A stretch of 63,672 bases of DNA, counting the filler, from Octopus bimaculoides (lineage: Eukaryota), in assembly GCF_001194135.2 (NCBI RefSeq). It is 4 parts of 4 records of this genome, joined end to end, with 100 filler letters (N's around TTAATTAATTAA, not from the genome) between each part and the next. Parts side by side here need not be neighbours in the genome. Positions count along the whole stretch, not along the records: positions 31,114 to 50,650 come from NC_068995.1; positions 50,751 to 60,977 come from NC_068994.1; 2 more parts are not named here. One strand, given 5' to 3'. The position numbers and the translations under genes were made by a program. The stretch's first letter is position 1, and each line of letters begins with the position of its first letter. This document shows positions 39,677 to 50,967 of this stretch, one piece after another. The notes under the pieces were generated by a model. The model saw only the letters and a program-made list of their open reading frames with translations. It made no database searches and was not told the DNA's origin.

Positions 39677-40042
39677 ATACATTTACGGGAAAAAACGATG
39701 GGTTTTTTTCCTTATGGGTTTTTTCACGCTGACTACTTGATAAATTCTTATAAAGATTTTATCCTATATTATATTACATATATATGTGTATAGATATGCA
39801 TATATGGGTACAGGACGTCACAAAACGTAAACAACATGAAATACGAAAATAAAGTTGGGTACGCAAACAACGGGAGAAACAAATAGAAAACAAGACAAGT
39901 AACATAAAAAACAACCCTTCATCAGTTGTCGGCTATCCTTCTACTCCTTATTTCGAGCATTGAACGACAATGTAACGGTCTTTTGCCGAACGAACTGTAC
40001 AAATGATTTGTTTATAGTGATCACATTACTACACTCTCTCTT

Positions 40043-40253
40043 AAGGCAGCGAGCTGGTAGAATCGTTAGCGCGCCGGGCGAAATACTTAACGGTATTTCG
40101 CTTGCCGCTACTTTCTGAGTTCAAATTCTCCCGGAATCAACTTTGCCTTTCATCTTTTCGCGGTCGATAAATTAAGTACAAGTTGCATACTGGGTCGATC
40201 TGATCGACTGGCCCCCTTCCCAAATTTCAAGCCTTGTGCCTATAGTAGAAAGG
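40043..40253 (+). mobile_element. SINE family B monomer with 16-bp target-site duplication
   Basis: Flanked by ATTACTACACTCTCTC at 40025-40040 and 40254-40269. Confidence 0.9.
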
Positions 40254-40698
40254 ATTACTACACTCTCTCAATCAAATCGACATTGTCTTAATAGTTGCGC
40301 AGTGTACCACGCGTCAGGTGTCGGAGTGATGGCATAGCAACATGCGATGAAGTGTTTTGCAATAGAACACAACGCACCAGCCGGTCTAGGAACTGTAATC
40401 CCGATGGATAGATCGTGAGTGCAACAATCTAACCACTAAACCATACACACTCTGTCCCTCTCTCTATCTCCCTCTCTCTCTCTCTCTCTCTCNNNNNNNN
40501 NNNNNNNNNNNNNNNNNNNNNNNNNNNNNNNNNNNNNNNNNNNNNNNNNNNNNNNNNNNNNNNNNNNNNNNNNNNNNNNNNNNNNNNNNNNNNNNNNNNN
40601 NNNNNNNNNNNNNNNNNNNNNNNNNNNNNNNNNNNNNNNNNNNNNNNNNNNNNNNNNNNNNNNNNNNNNNNNNNNNNNNNNNNNNNNNNNNNNNNNNN

Positions 40699-40749
<51 letters not shown>

Positions 40750-41663
40750 TACAATACAAGGTCAACCATAACCTGCTAATCAGTTTTTCGTAATGTCAAT
40801 GAATATATAGCTGCCAATCATCTAATGTTATCGGTCTGTCAGTGACCTGAAAATACTCATATCTGTAAACAATACAAAATGACATGGCAGAGAGATTTGG
40901 GGGGTAAAAGTTGCAAATCATCAACTGGACTAAAGGGTCGCGTATGAATGCAAATATGTTTGTAAGAGTGTATATGCAATTATATATATATGCAATTATA
41001 TATGTATTATATACATATATTCATTTATACATATGTGTGTGATAATGTGTGAGAGAGAGAGAGAGTGTGTGTGTGTGTGTGAGTGTGTGAGTGTGTATGG
41101 GGGGGTGAAGAATCTATACTTAGTATGTATACGGGTATGTATTTTCACATTCATGCCATTATATATACATACGTATATATGTGTGCGTGTGTGTACATAT
41201 ATATATATTGAGAGAGAGGGTGAGAGAGATACATATAGACTAATTCATACATACATACATACATACATACATACATACATACATACATACATACATACAA
41301 ACACACATGCTAATGTAGCGATACACTCTGTTTTATTCACACTCAAATTTATTTACTGCATATATTTTGTAGCCCACAGCAATATTACGATCTAATTTTA
41401 TTGGCAAAGTAAATCTGAAAGGATCTGTAAAGCTAAAGGAAACAACAATAATCTGATATATACATATATGTATCTGTGAGCAAGCTGTAGTGAGAAATTC
41501 CCTTCTGATTAATCTGTAAAATACTTCAATATGTTACAAGAGATGAACTTTATAAAAACTATGTTTCTCTGTATTTATGTGTGCGTGCGTGTGTGTGTGT
41601 GTGTATGTGTGTATGTGTATGTGTGTGTGTGTGTACGAAAAATCAAACACATATATTCAACGT

Positions 41664-41888
41664 GTATGTTGCTACTTCGTGAGTCGGCTTCGTTTTAGGC
41701 GTAAGAGAATACATTCTCAATGCGCCTGGTGTTAAAAACACCTGAAAGTAAGCAAGCGAGACAACTCACACCAGGTTCCTTTCTGGAGCGAAGGACATCG
41801 TTAGCATCAGGTGTTTTTAACACGGGGCGTATTAAGAATATATTCTCTTATGCCTAAAACGCAGCCGACCTACGAACTAACAACACAC
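41664..41888. mobile_element. MITE-like hairpin element (82-bp arms, 61-bp spacer)
   Basis: GAGTCGGCTTCGTTTTAGGCGTAAGAGAATAC...AAAAACACCTGA versus TCAGGTGTTTTT...ATTCTCTTATGCCTAAAACGCAGCCGAC. No TSD resolved. Confidence 0.65.
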
Positions 41889-42637
41889 ACATCTTGTGTA
41901 CGTGTGCTTGACTTTTCTTCATATATATATATATATANNNNNNNNNNNNNNNNNNNNNNNNNNNNNNNNNNNNNNNNNNNNNNNNNNNNNNNNNNNNNNN
42001 NNNNNNNNNNNNNNNNNNNNNNNNNNNNNNNNNNNNNNNNNNNNNNNNNNNNNNNNNNNNNNNNNNNNNNNNNNNNNNNNNNNNNNNNNNNNNNNNNNNN
42101 NNNNNNNNNNNNNNNNNNNNNNNNNNNNNNNNNNNNNNNNNNNNNNNNNNNNNNNNNNNNNNNNNNNNNNNNNNNNNNNNNNNNNNNNNNNNNNNNNNNN
42201 NNNNNNNNNNNNNNNNNNNNNNNNNNNNNNNNNNNNNNNNNNNNNNNNNNNNNNNNNNNNNNNNNNNNNNNNNNNNNNNNNNNNNNNNNNNNNNNNNNNN
42301 NNNNNNNNNNNNNNNNNNNNNNNNNNNNNNNNNNNNNNNNNNNNNNNNNNNNNNNNNNNNNNNNNNNNNNNNNNNNNNNNNNNNNNNNNNNNNNNNNNNN
42401 NNNNNNNNNNNNNNNNNNNNNNNNNNNNNNNNNNNNNNNNNNNNNNNNNNNNNNNNNNNNNNNNNNNNNNNNNNNNNNNNNNNNNNNNNNNNNNNNNNNN
42501 NNNNNNNNNNNNNNNNNNNNNNNNNNNNNNNNNNNNNNNNNNNNNNNNNNNNNNNNNNNNNNNNNNNNNNNNNNNNNNNNNNNNNNNNNNNNNNNNNNNN
42601 NNNNNNNNNNNNNNNNNNNNNNNNNNNNNNNNNNNNN

Positions 42638-42690
<53 letters not shown>

Positions 42691-42695
<5 letters not shown>

Positions 42696-42760
42696 TCACT
42701 GCTTTGAATCGAACTCGGAATCTTGGGGTTAGTAGCCCGCGCTCTTAACCACTACGCCAT
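42691..42760 (-). mobile_element. Short tRNA-like SINE with (AAT)n tail
   Basis: ATGGCGTAGTGGTTAAGAGCGCGGGCTACTAACCCCAAGATTCCGAGTTCGATTC (A and B boxes), no acceptor stem, directly followed by (AAT)n at 42638-42690. Confidence 0.7.
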
Positions 42761-42817
42761 AATAATAACATCAACAAATACCTTAGGAATAAGAACCCAG
42801 ATTCGAAATTTCCTCAA

Positions 42818-42863
42818 GACACCAGATGAAGGCTGGAGGGTATATCACCCGAAACGTTGTGTT
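42818..42863 (+). ncRNA. Decayed minimal hammerhead motif in a pLTR-like repeat
   Basis: GACAC-CAGATGA-A-GGCTG(GAGGGTATAT)CACCC-GAAAC-GTT-GTGTT. Palindromic AACGTT stem III; U4A change and one stem II mismatch. Confidence 0.45.
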
Positions 42864-43839
42864 ACCAACAAACAGGATGAGGACAAATATCCGTCAAATG
42901 TAAATAATGTAACTAACGTACATAAGTCCTCATCTCTTAAATATAGAACTGTAATGTATGTATATATATATATATATTTTCCCAAAAAACCCAAAGAGTT
43001 GTCCTCGAATACCTTACGCACATAGGATAGGTTTATATATNNNNNNNNNNNNNNNNNNNNNNNNNNNNNNNNNNNNNNNNNNNNNNNNNNNNNNNNNNNN
43101 NNNNNNNNNNNNNNNNNNNNNNNNNNNNNNNNNNNNNNNNNNNNNNNNNNNNNNNNNNNNNNNNNNNNNNNNNNNNNNNNNNNNNNNNNNNNNNNNNNNN
43201 NNNNNNNNNNNNNNNNNNNNNNNNNNNNNNNNNNNNNNNNNNNNNNNNNNNNNNNNNNNNNNNNNNNNNNNNNNNNNNNNNNNNNNNNNNNNNNNNNNNN
43301 NNNNNNNNNNNNNNNNNNNNNNNNNNNNNNNNNNNNNNNNNNNNNNNNNNNNNNNNNNNNNNNNNNNNNNNNNNNNNNNNNNNNNNNNNNNNNNNNNNNN
43401 NNNNNNNNNNNNNNNNNNNNNNNNNNNNNNNNNNNNNNNNNNNNNNNNNNNNNNNNNNNNNNNNNNNNNNNNNNNNNNNNNNNNNNNNNNNNNNNNNNNN
43501 NNNNNNNNNNNNNNNNNNNNNNNNNNNNNNNNNNNNNNNNNNNNNNNNNNNNNNNNNNNNNNNNNNNNNNNNNNNNNNNNNNNNNNNNNNNNNNNNNNNN
43601 NNNNNNNNNNNNNNNNNNNNNNNNNNNNNNNNNNNNNNNNNNNNNNNNNNNNNNNNNNNNNNNNNNNNNNNNNNNNNNNNNNNNNNNNNNNNNNNNNNNN
43701 NNNNNNNNNNNNNNNNNNNNNTACCTACTGGGCGCGTAAGGTATATGAGGACAAATCTTTGGGTTTTTTGAGAAAATATACACATAATAAAAGAAAATAA
43801 CTTTATTAATGAAAAACATTGTACATATAAACTAGATTG

Positions 43840-44705
43840 TCTTTTTTTATAACTGTATGCAATGTAGCCGTCTTCAGCATCAATAACTGTTTCTATGCGA
43901 GGTCTGAATCGCCTACATGCCCGAATGAAATTATCTTAATTCATACCGGACACTGTTTTTACAATGGCAGCTTTCAAAAGATCCTTGATGCTACGGGGAT
44001 GTTGATTGACCTCTCTCTCAAGAACACTCCACACATAGTAGTCAAATGGATTGATATCTTGTGAGTCTGGAGGCCAAATGTTAGGGATTATGTGGTCATG
44101 AAAATTGTCAGTCATCCATTCTTGGGTTGCTTGAGCCTTTTGTGTTGGCACAGAGTCATGTTGAAACATGTACGACCTTCCATTGCGTAATTTATCATTA
44201 TTGACAACTCCAAAAGCCATGACAGCTGCAGGAAAATTTGTGTACATGACTGTTGGAACTTCAGAAGGGACTAAACATAACCTTCCGTTATTTTTCTGTA
44301 AATCTTCTGGTCCTGGTCAATGTTTTTCTGCGTTTTTAACTCTTTTCACTAGTTTTTTTTTTTTTATCAGAACAAACAATTTTCCCATTTTTCTGACATG
44401 AGTTAATCTCTCCTCATCACATAAGGCTTGTCCAGATGTCTTCGTGGACAAAATTTCTGATTGTCTCTTCTGATACATGGAGATCTTTTTGCAGCTTACC
44501 TCCTGAACTTCGGGGGATTCTCCGTCAATAGTCTGAAGTACTTGTCGAATAGATTTGGGTGTTCTGGTGGTATCGGTGAGTTGGGGATGATTTTTACGTC
44601 TCAATAAAGTGATACCTTACCATGTGTGGTTTCTAACTCCTTGCAAACTCTGTAGACGAAAGATCTAGCGACTTTGAAAAAATGATCTATATCTAAATCG
44701 CGTTG
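43840..44705 (-). mobile_element. Tc1/mariner superfamily transposase remnant, maT-like DD37D
   Basis: Pieces in order: FKVARSFVYRVCKELE; RKNHPQLTDTTRTPK; AKDLHVSEETIRNFVHEDI; RLCLVPSEVPTVMYTNFPAAVMAFGVV; FQHD(37 aa)D in FQHDSVP...WPPDSQDINPFDYYVW; ACRRFRPRIETVIDAEDGYI. Frameshifts and an internal deletion are present. Confidence 0.85.
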
Positions 44706-44945
44706 CTGGAGAGTAACTGCAGATTTCTCAAAAGTTCAGCGTAGATATTCTCTATGTCGCTGATCTTTAGCTTGATGTTAACATCTGCTGGGAAGCTGAT
44801 TTCCACAACTGTACACAGTTTCTCTTCTCTGTCCCAAATTATTATGTCAGGTTTATTATGTTTATATGTTATTGATGTTTTCACTGGGATATTCCACCAG
44901 TGCTCCTTTTTATTATGAGTGGCTATGGCTTCTACCATACTGTGA
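44706..44945 (-). mobile_element. Non-LTR retrotransposon restriction-like endonuclease (RLE) fragment, R4/Dong-like
   Basis: WWNIPVKTSITYKHNKPDIIIWDREEKLCTVVEISFPADVNIKLKISDIENIYAELLRNLQLL fits the PD-(x12-14)-E/D RLE motif followed by P.D.N+..K..+K...Y..L. Confidence 0.75.
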
Positions 44946-45496
44946 GTTATATATTTTCACTGTATCACTAACCGATTGTATCTGGAGAATGCGAATCAGT
45001 GTTTTGATTTTTTTTTCTTTGAAAACCACATCATTTCTAGGCGCTAATACAAATCTAATGTTACCTAAATTAATACACGTATGATAATAGATACAAATAA
45101 AACATTAAAACCAGGACACAGGGACTGTATGTTTCTTATTAGGAGTATGTATTTGTGCATGTATGTAATATGTGTGGGGGGGTGATTGTATAGCAATAAT
45201 ACGAATAAGCAAATCCAAAATGTATAACTTGCTAACGTTATTTAGCTCCATCTCTCACTGGACTGAATGCATATATTTTTTAACTTACTTTAACTACTTT
45301 TACTTACTTTAATAGAACTATATGTTTGGAGCATCTATTAGTCCTGCGAAACTATGTACCAACACTCAGAAAGTATTAATTTTAGTGTGTTGGCAGGACA
45401 GTGCTTCATAAGTAAGCTGAGTTCCAGACGGGAGTGACAGCATTTGAAAACACTGTCACCCAGCGTTGTCATCGTACTTTTAATTATTTATATACA

Positions 45497-45541
<45 letters not shown>

Positions 45542-46626
45542 TCAAAAAAACACAAAAAAACAATAACAAAAAAACAACAAAGTGAGGACGTGATACGGAT
45601 AGTGTTATTGGACGCTCGGGAAAGGAAATATATATATTCATTAGTGCGTTCTTTTTCAGTAGCAAATCCCACATCCTATCTCTTCTAAAACCTCTATATT
45701 CCCCAACCTTCAACATAACCGACCACTTGCAAAGTCGACCGCGGGGGAACTTGAACTCAGTACGTAAAGACGGACGAAATACCGCAAAGTATTTTGCCCG
45801 GCTTCCTAACGTTTCTGCCAGCCTACCGCCTTACTCTAACGAACGTCATTGACACGGAAATGGAAACATACTTGTCCTCTCAAACCGGATGCCAATTCCC
45901 TATACGGCAGGTGTTTTGCTGTTCTCCCATTTAACATGCAGTTTACATAGCCCACCCAGATGTTGTCGAAGGTTGAAGAGACTGAGTATTTTGGTGTGGG
46001 CTAGACAGGCACTTTATTGCTGGTGACTCGGTCCACTTGATCTGTAGCAAGTGACTCAGTCTACAAAGGCTGAAGGCTTTGATACCGCGTTCCTATCTAT
46101 ATTAAGAACTCCAAATTTCGCTTCCGTAAATTGATGTGCCGCAGATACAGGCTCTGCGGGTTGATATGCAACATTAGCTTGCTATCCCATTAGACTATTA
46201 GATAGTGTATTAGATAGAGGCTGCTCTACCCAACTGTCTGTTGTTCACAGAGTTTAGGCAGAGACTAGTAATAATGGTGAAGCTAACGTATATGAAATCA
46301 TTGATCTCTTTCATCTCGCATCTATTGATAGTAATGTATGCATTTGTGTACGTGTCTGTGTATGTTTGTCTGTGCATGTGTTATAGCAATGCTAAGTTTC
46401 TAAAGAATAACTTTCTATGACAGATATGAGTATGTCATCTATTTCAGTGTTCATACTTTCATCGTACCAAAACCAGCATTGAAAATATACAGTGAAACTA
46501 ATCAATTCATTCCTGCTGATTTGGTCTGTTAACAAAACCATACACGCTGATGAAATATGATACTTGTTCGCCTTGCTAACGCGCAGTTATGTGAATATGC
46601 ATTTATATATAAATGTGTATATATAC

Positions 46627-46661
<35 letters not shown>

Positions 46662-47544
46662 NNNNNNNNNNNNNNNNNNNNNNNNNNNNNNNNNNNNNNN
46701 NNNNNNNNNNNNNNNNNNNNNNNNNNNNNNNNNNNNNNNNNNNNNNNNNNNNNNNNNNNNNNNNNNNNNNNNNNNNNNNNNNNNNNNNNNNNNNNNNNNN
46801 NNNNNNNNNNNNNNNNNNNNNNNNNNNNNNNNNNNNNNNNNNNNNNNNNNNNNNNNNNNNNNNNNNNNNNNNNNNNNNNNNNNNNNNNNNNNNNNNNNNN
46901 NNNNNNNNNNNNNNNNNNNNNNNNNNNNNNNNNNNNNNNNNNNNNNNNNNNNNNNNNNNNNNNNNNNNNNNNNNNNNNNNNNNNNNNNNNNNNNNNNNNN
47001 NNNNNNNNNNNNNNNNNNNNNNNNNNNNNNNNNNNNNNNNNNNNNNNNNNNNNNNNNNNNNNNNNNNNNNNNNNNNNNNNNNNNNNNNNNNNNNNNNNNN
47101 NNNNNNNNNNNNNNNNNNNNNNNNNNNNNNNNNNNNNNNNNNNNNNNNNNNNNNNNNNNNNNNNNNNNNNNNNNNNNNNNNNNNNNNNNNNNNNNNNNNN
47201 NNNNNNNNNNNNNNNNNNNNNNNNNNNNNNNNNNNNNNNNNNNNNNNNNNNNNNNNNNNNNNNNNNNNNNNNNNNNNNNNNNNNNNNNNNNNNNNNNNNN
47301 NNNNNNNNNNNNNNNNNNNNNNNNNNNNNNNNNNNNNNNNNNNNNNNNNNNNNNNNNNNNNNNNNNNNNNNNNNNNNNNNNNNNNNNNNNNNNNNNNNNN
47401 NNNNNNNNNNNNNNNNNNNNNNNNNNNNNNNNNNNNNNNNNNNNNNNNNNNNNNNNNNNNNNNNNNNNNNNNNNNNNNNNNNNNNNNNNNNNNNNNNNNN
47501 NNNNNNNNNNNNNNNNNNNNNNNNNNNNNNNNNNNNNNNNNNNN

Positions 47545-47582
<38 letters not shown>

Positions 47583-47629
47583 CTACATATATATATATAT
47601 ATTTATATATATAAATACATATATATATG

Positions 47630-48561
47630 TTCTAGCGACACCTCGCTTGCATGTGACCTCGTACTCCACAGTGGTAGCAGATGGGAGTCTTCCCTCCACT
47701 ACCACTCGTAGTTTGACGTCCTCCGGTAACACAATCTCATCCACAATTTTATGCAGGTCCGGGACACTGATTTGGACCGTCACCTCAAGGCCATACCCAA
47801 ACCAGTTCACCTCCGTTGTCCTCATGACCTTCAGGACATTGGTTTCCTCCTCGGCGTTGATGAGAATGGTTGCCACCAACCACGTTTCATGATTTCTGGG
47901 GGTACTCTGCCAATCCTAATTCTGGTCGCACGTTTGCCACAGTAGGTTGACAGTAGCGCCCACTCATCCGACCTCAATGGCACAGTGAAGCACTTTATTG
48001 CGTCTTGTTCGGTTGCCAACCGTACCTCCAATGAGCCGTACTTCTTGCCTCTGGTGTAGTACGTCGTAAGGTGCTTCACCTCCTTCAGTGGTTGCTATTT
48101 CCACCTTGTGCTGATATAAGACAGTGTTCTGTAGACAACCGTTCTTTTCGCTGTTTCTTCCAATATTTCTTTTGGAGAGGTCAGTCTCAGGCTGCTTCCT
48201 TCTTTAACAGGTTGTTCGTTAGCTTTTTTTAGTTCGTCGAATTTTACTTCCTTGACCTGCACAACGTCGTTATTTACACCCTTTTTTGCTGACGGCTGGT
48301 TGAATATCCATAACTCCGTTCGTCACAAATGACATGAAAATCTCCAGAAATTGTCTTCACAAAATTACAGTTCAATAAATTTACAGGAATCTCCTACCCC
48401 GTAGGGCGAAAATTACAGTTTTCCACAGGACAACAGTTCAAATTCCAATAAAATTTGCAATTCAAATATAACAAAAATTCGCAATAACAGAACAGGAAAT
48501 GAACTCACATACCGCAGGTAACAACTGAAAACAACACCGTGTCGCAGACGAAAAAGGCGTC
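47630..48561 (-). mobile_element. L1/Tx1-like non-LTR element, 5' UTR plus gag-like ORF1 remnant (copy 1)
   Basis: Starts GACGCCTTTTTC at 48561, ATG at 48311, frameshifted ORF with a CCHC zinc knuckle CYHCGVRGHMQARC (47638-47679). Ends at a (TA)n run. Confidence 0.75.
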
Positions 48562-48699
48562 TTTTCTTTGTTATACACATATAGCTCTTAGAAAGAAGGG
48601 ACGAACAAAGACAGACAACACAATACAGTGCGGTACATAAAACGAAAATCGAATGAATATGAATATAGTGATATAAGGAGAAAAATGAAATGTCTTATT

Positions 48700-50082
48700 T
48701 GTACCCCATACGCAAATAGAGTAATTTAACTGTTTATGCATTTCATGTTCGTGTACAGTTTATGGTTCTTTTTTAAAAAAACAAACACATTTCAATTTTA
48801 CAAATTTTACTTACTATTTTCATCGACAAAGTATTGCACAGTGTCTTCGAATAGTATCACTGGTGGCAAATCGTCACATCTAAACCACAACGCCGTTAAA
48901 TCAATCCGCTCACCGAACAATTCTTCCAATTTATCCGCTCTATCACTTTCCAGCAAAACCGCCCTGTCGTCCTCTGTATGTTCATTTCCCTCAGTTCCCG
49001 TTATCTTAACTCCTATGACAATGTTCATCTTCGTAATCCTCTTCTCTATTTCTATATTCTTCTTGTATTCCACCATCCTCCTCAAATGTCTTCTTTTCGC
49101 CTCCTCTTCCCACTTCCCATCTCCACTCTATCCCAATGCTCCTCGTACTTGTGTGTCCATCTTACTGCCGCTCCTCGTTGTTGCTTCTTTTCCTTTCCGC
49201 AGACTTTCTTTTTCATTTGTTCTCTCTTCTGCAATTTTCTGTTTTTTCTACTTCTGCACCTTCTATCTGCATCTCCTCCAAATTGCCCTTTCTCTTTTTT
49301 GTGGGCTTTTTGGGGGCGAAAATGCATTTTCTTCCCTCTGTTTCTTTCTCTTTCCGACTGGGTGTTACGCTTCTGCTGCTTCCATTACTTCCTTTACCTG
49401 GCCTTGCGCCAACACATCTTGCTCCACCTCCTTCTCATGCTGCTCCTGTTCTACCTCCTGTTCCAATTCTTGTTTCTGGGGACACCTTGCTTGCATGTGA
49501 CCCCGTACTTCGAACGTCCACTGCGCCGTACTTCTTGTCTCTGGTGTAGTACGCTTCACCTCCTTGAGGCACTCCTCCATTTCTTCAATGCTTGCTAATT
49601 CAATCTTTTTGCTGCTGTTCGACAGTGTTCTATAAAAGACTGGGTTTTTAGTTTGTTTGTTTGTTTTTTTCCTGTTACTTCCAATATGTCTTTTGGAGGG
49701 GTCAGTCTCAGGCTGTTTCCTTCTTTAGCAATTAACTCATTTGCTTTTTTAAGTCTTCTTTCGTCAAACTTGACTTCCTTGACTTGTACAGCGTCGCTAT
49801 TTGTACACCTTCCTGCTGCTGTAGCATAGCTAACGACTGGTTGAGTGTCCATAGCTTCGTTGGTTAACATAAAAAGTTTCAGAACTTTCTTCACAAATTC
49901 ACAATTTCAATAAATAATTTGCAGAAATTTTCAACCCCGTAGGGCAAAAATTACTGTTTTCCACAGGACAACAGTTCAAATCCCAATAAAATCTTCAATA
50001 CAAATATAACAAAATTCACAATAACAGGAAACGAACAGATAATAACTGAAAATAACTCCGTGTCGTAGATGAAAAAGGCGTC
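48700..50082 (-). mobile_element. L1/Tx1-like non-LTR element, 5' UTR plus ORF1 remnant (copy 2, middle deleted, C-terminus retained)
   Basis: Same GACGCCTTTTTC start (50082) and homologous 5' UTR, ATG at 49852. ...RGHMQARCPQKQELEQEVEQ..., a Lys/Arg-rich segment and a C-terminal piece ending at the stop at 48807. No ORF2 follows. Confidence 0.75.
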
Positions 50083-50084
50083 GC

Positions 50085-50607
50085 CTTGCTACTTGGAGAT
50101 GCCTATCAAGCCCCTGTAAACATATAATAATTCTAGTGAAATACATTCACAGATTTCAAAAATGGAAATAATACGTTTCTAAATCTCTCAGGGAGATTTA
50201 TACAGTAGTGATACGGTAAAGTAGTTGTATGCTGTCAACTTAATGAGACAGGCCCATGAGAGGCCAGCATCCAGAGACTATTTTACTAGGATTATTATAT
50301 GCTTACAGGGGCGAGATAGGCATCTCCAACTAGCAAGCCATGCTACTCCAGACTGAAGACGAGCAATGACTCAGAAACTAGTCTCTGGATGTTGGCTTTG
50401 CTGGGTGAAGATGCTTATCTCCCCCTTGTAAACATAAGGACACAGGAAAAGTGTCAAGACCAACAGGAAGCGGTACTGCTTCCTAGCGCTAAATAGCAGT
50501 AGTATTATTCCCACTCATGGGACTGTCACATTAAGTTGACAGTAACCAACTACTTTATCGTATCACTACCGTATAAATCTCTCTGAGAGATTTAGAAATG
50601 TAATATT
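50085..50607. repeat. Interleaved inverted repeats (A-B-C-A'-C'-B') around the intact hammerhead
   Basis: A 50085-50138 / A' 50285-50337; B 50170-50261 / B' 50514-50607; C 50263-50280 / C' 50379-50396. Each pair is a reverse complement with few mismatches. Confidence 0.9.
50337..50396 (+). ncRNA. Minimal type I hammerhead ribozyme motif (near-intact)
   Basis: Stem I TCCAGA(50347-52)/TCTGGA(50384-89); core CTGAAGA; stem II GAG/CTC with CAATGA loop flanked by C and A; GAAA; palindromic stem III ACTAGT; GTC cleavage triplet; distal GCCA/TGGC helix beyond an internal loop. Confidence 0.75.
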
Positions 50608-50617
50608 TTTATGTATA

Positions 50618-50650
<33 letters not shown>

Positions 50651-50931
50651 NNNNNNNNNNNNNNNNNNNNNNNNNNNNNNNNNNNNNNNNNNNNTTAATT
50701 AATTAANNNNNNNNNNNNNNNNNNNNNNNNNNNNNNNNNNNNNNNNNNNNGAGGGGTCGGACTGGAGGCGCCGAAAAGCTCGGAGAATGGAGCGTTGGAG
50801 GGGTAGGGTGGTGGGATGGTAGGTAAGGGGAAAAGGGAGGCGGGAAACGGCAGGGCGGGTTCGGGGGGAGAGAGCAGATGCACGGTCCACAGAACGTGCT
50901 CTGGCAAGGGCGGTGTGGATGGTGGTGGGTG

Positions 50932-50967
<36 letters not shown>

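Noticed and set aside
42691-42760. tRNA gene (apparent ACT anticodon)
   Set aside because: No acceptor stem or T terminator, and it is followed by an (AAT)n tail. It is a SINE head. The same applies to the tRNA-like heads at 12547, 22225, 27028 and 40300-40445.
48736-49598. Long plus-strand ORFs (254 aa and 206 aa)
   Set aside because: Antisense shadows of the purine-rich minus-strand ORF1 remnant.
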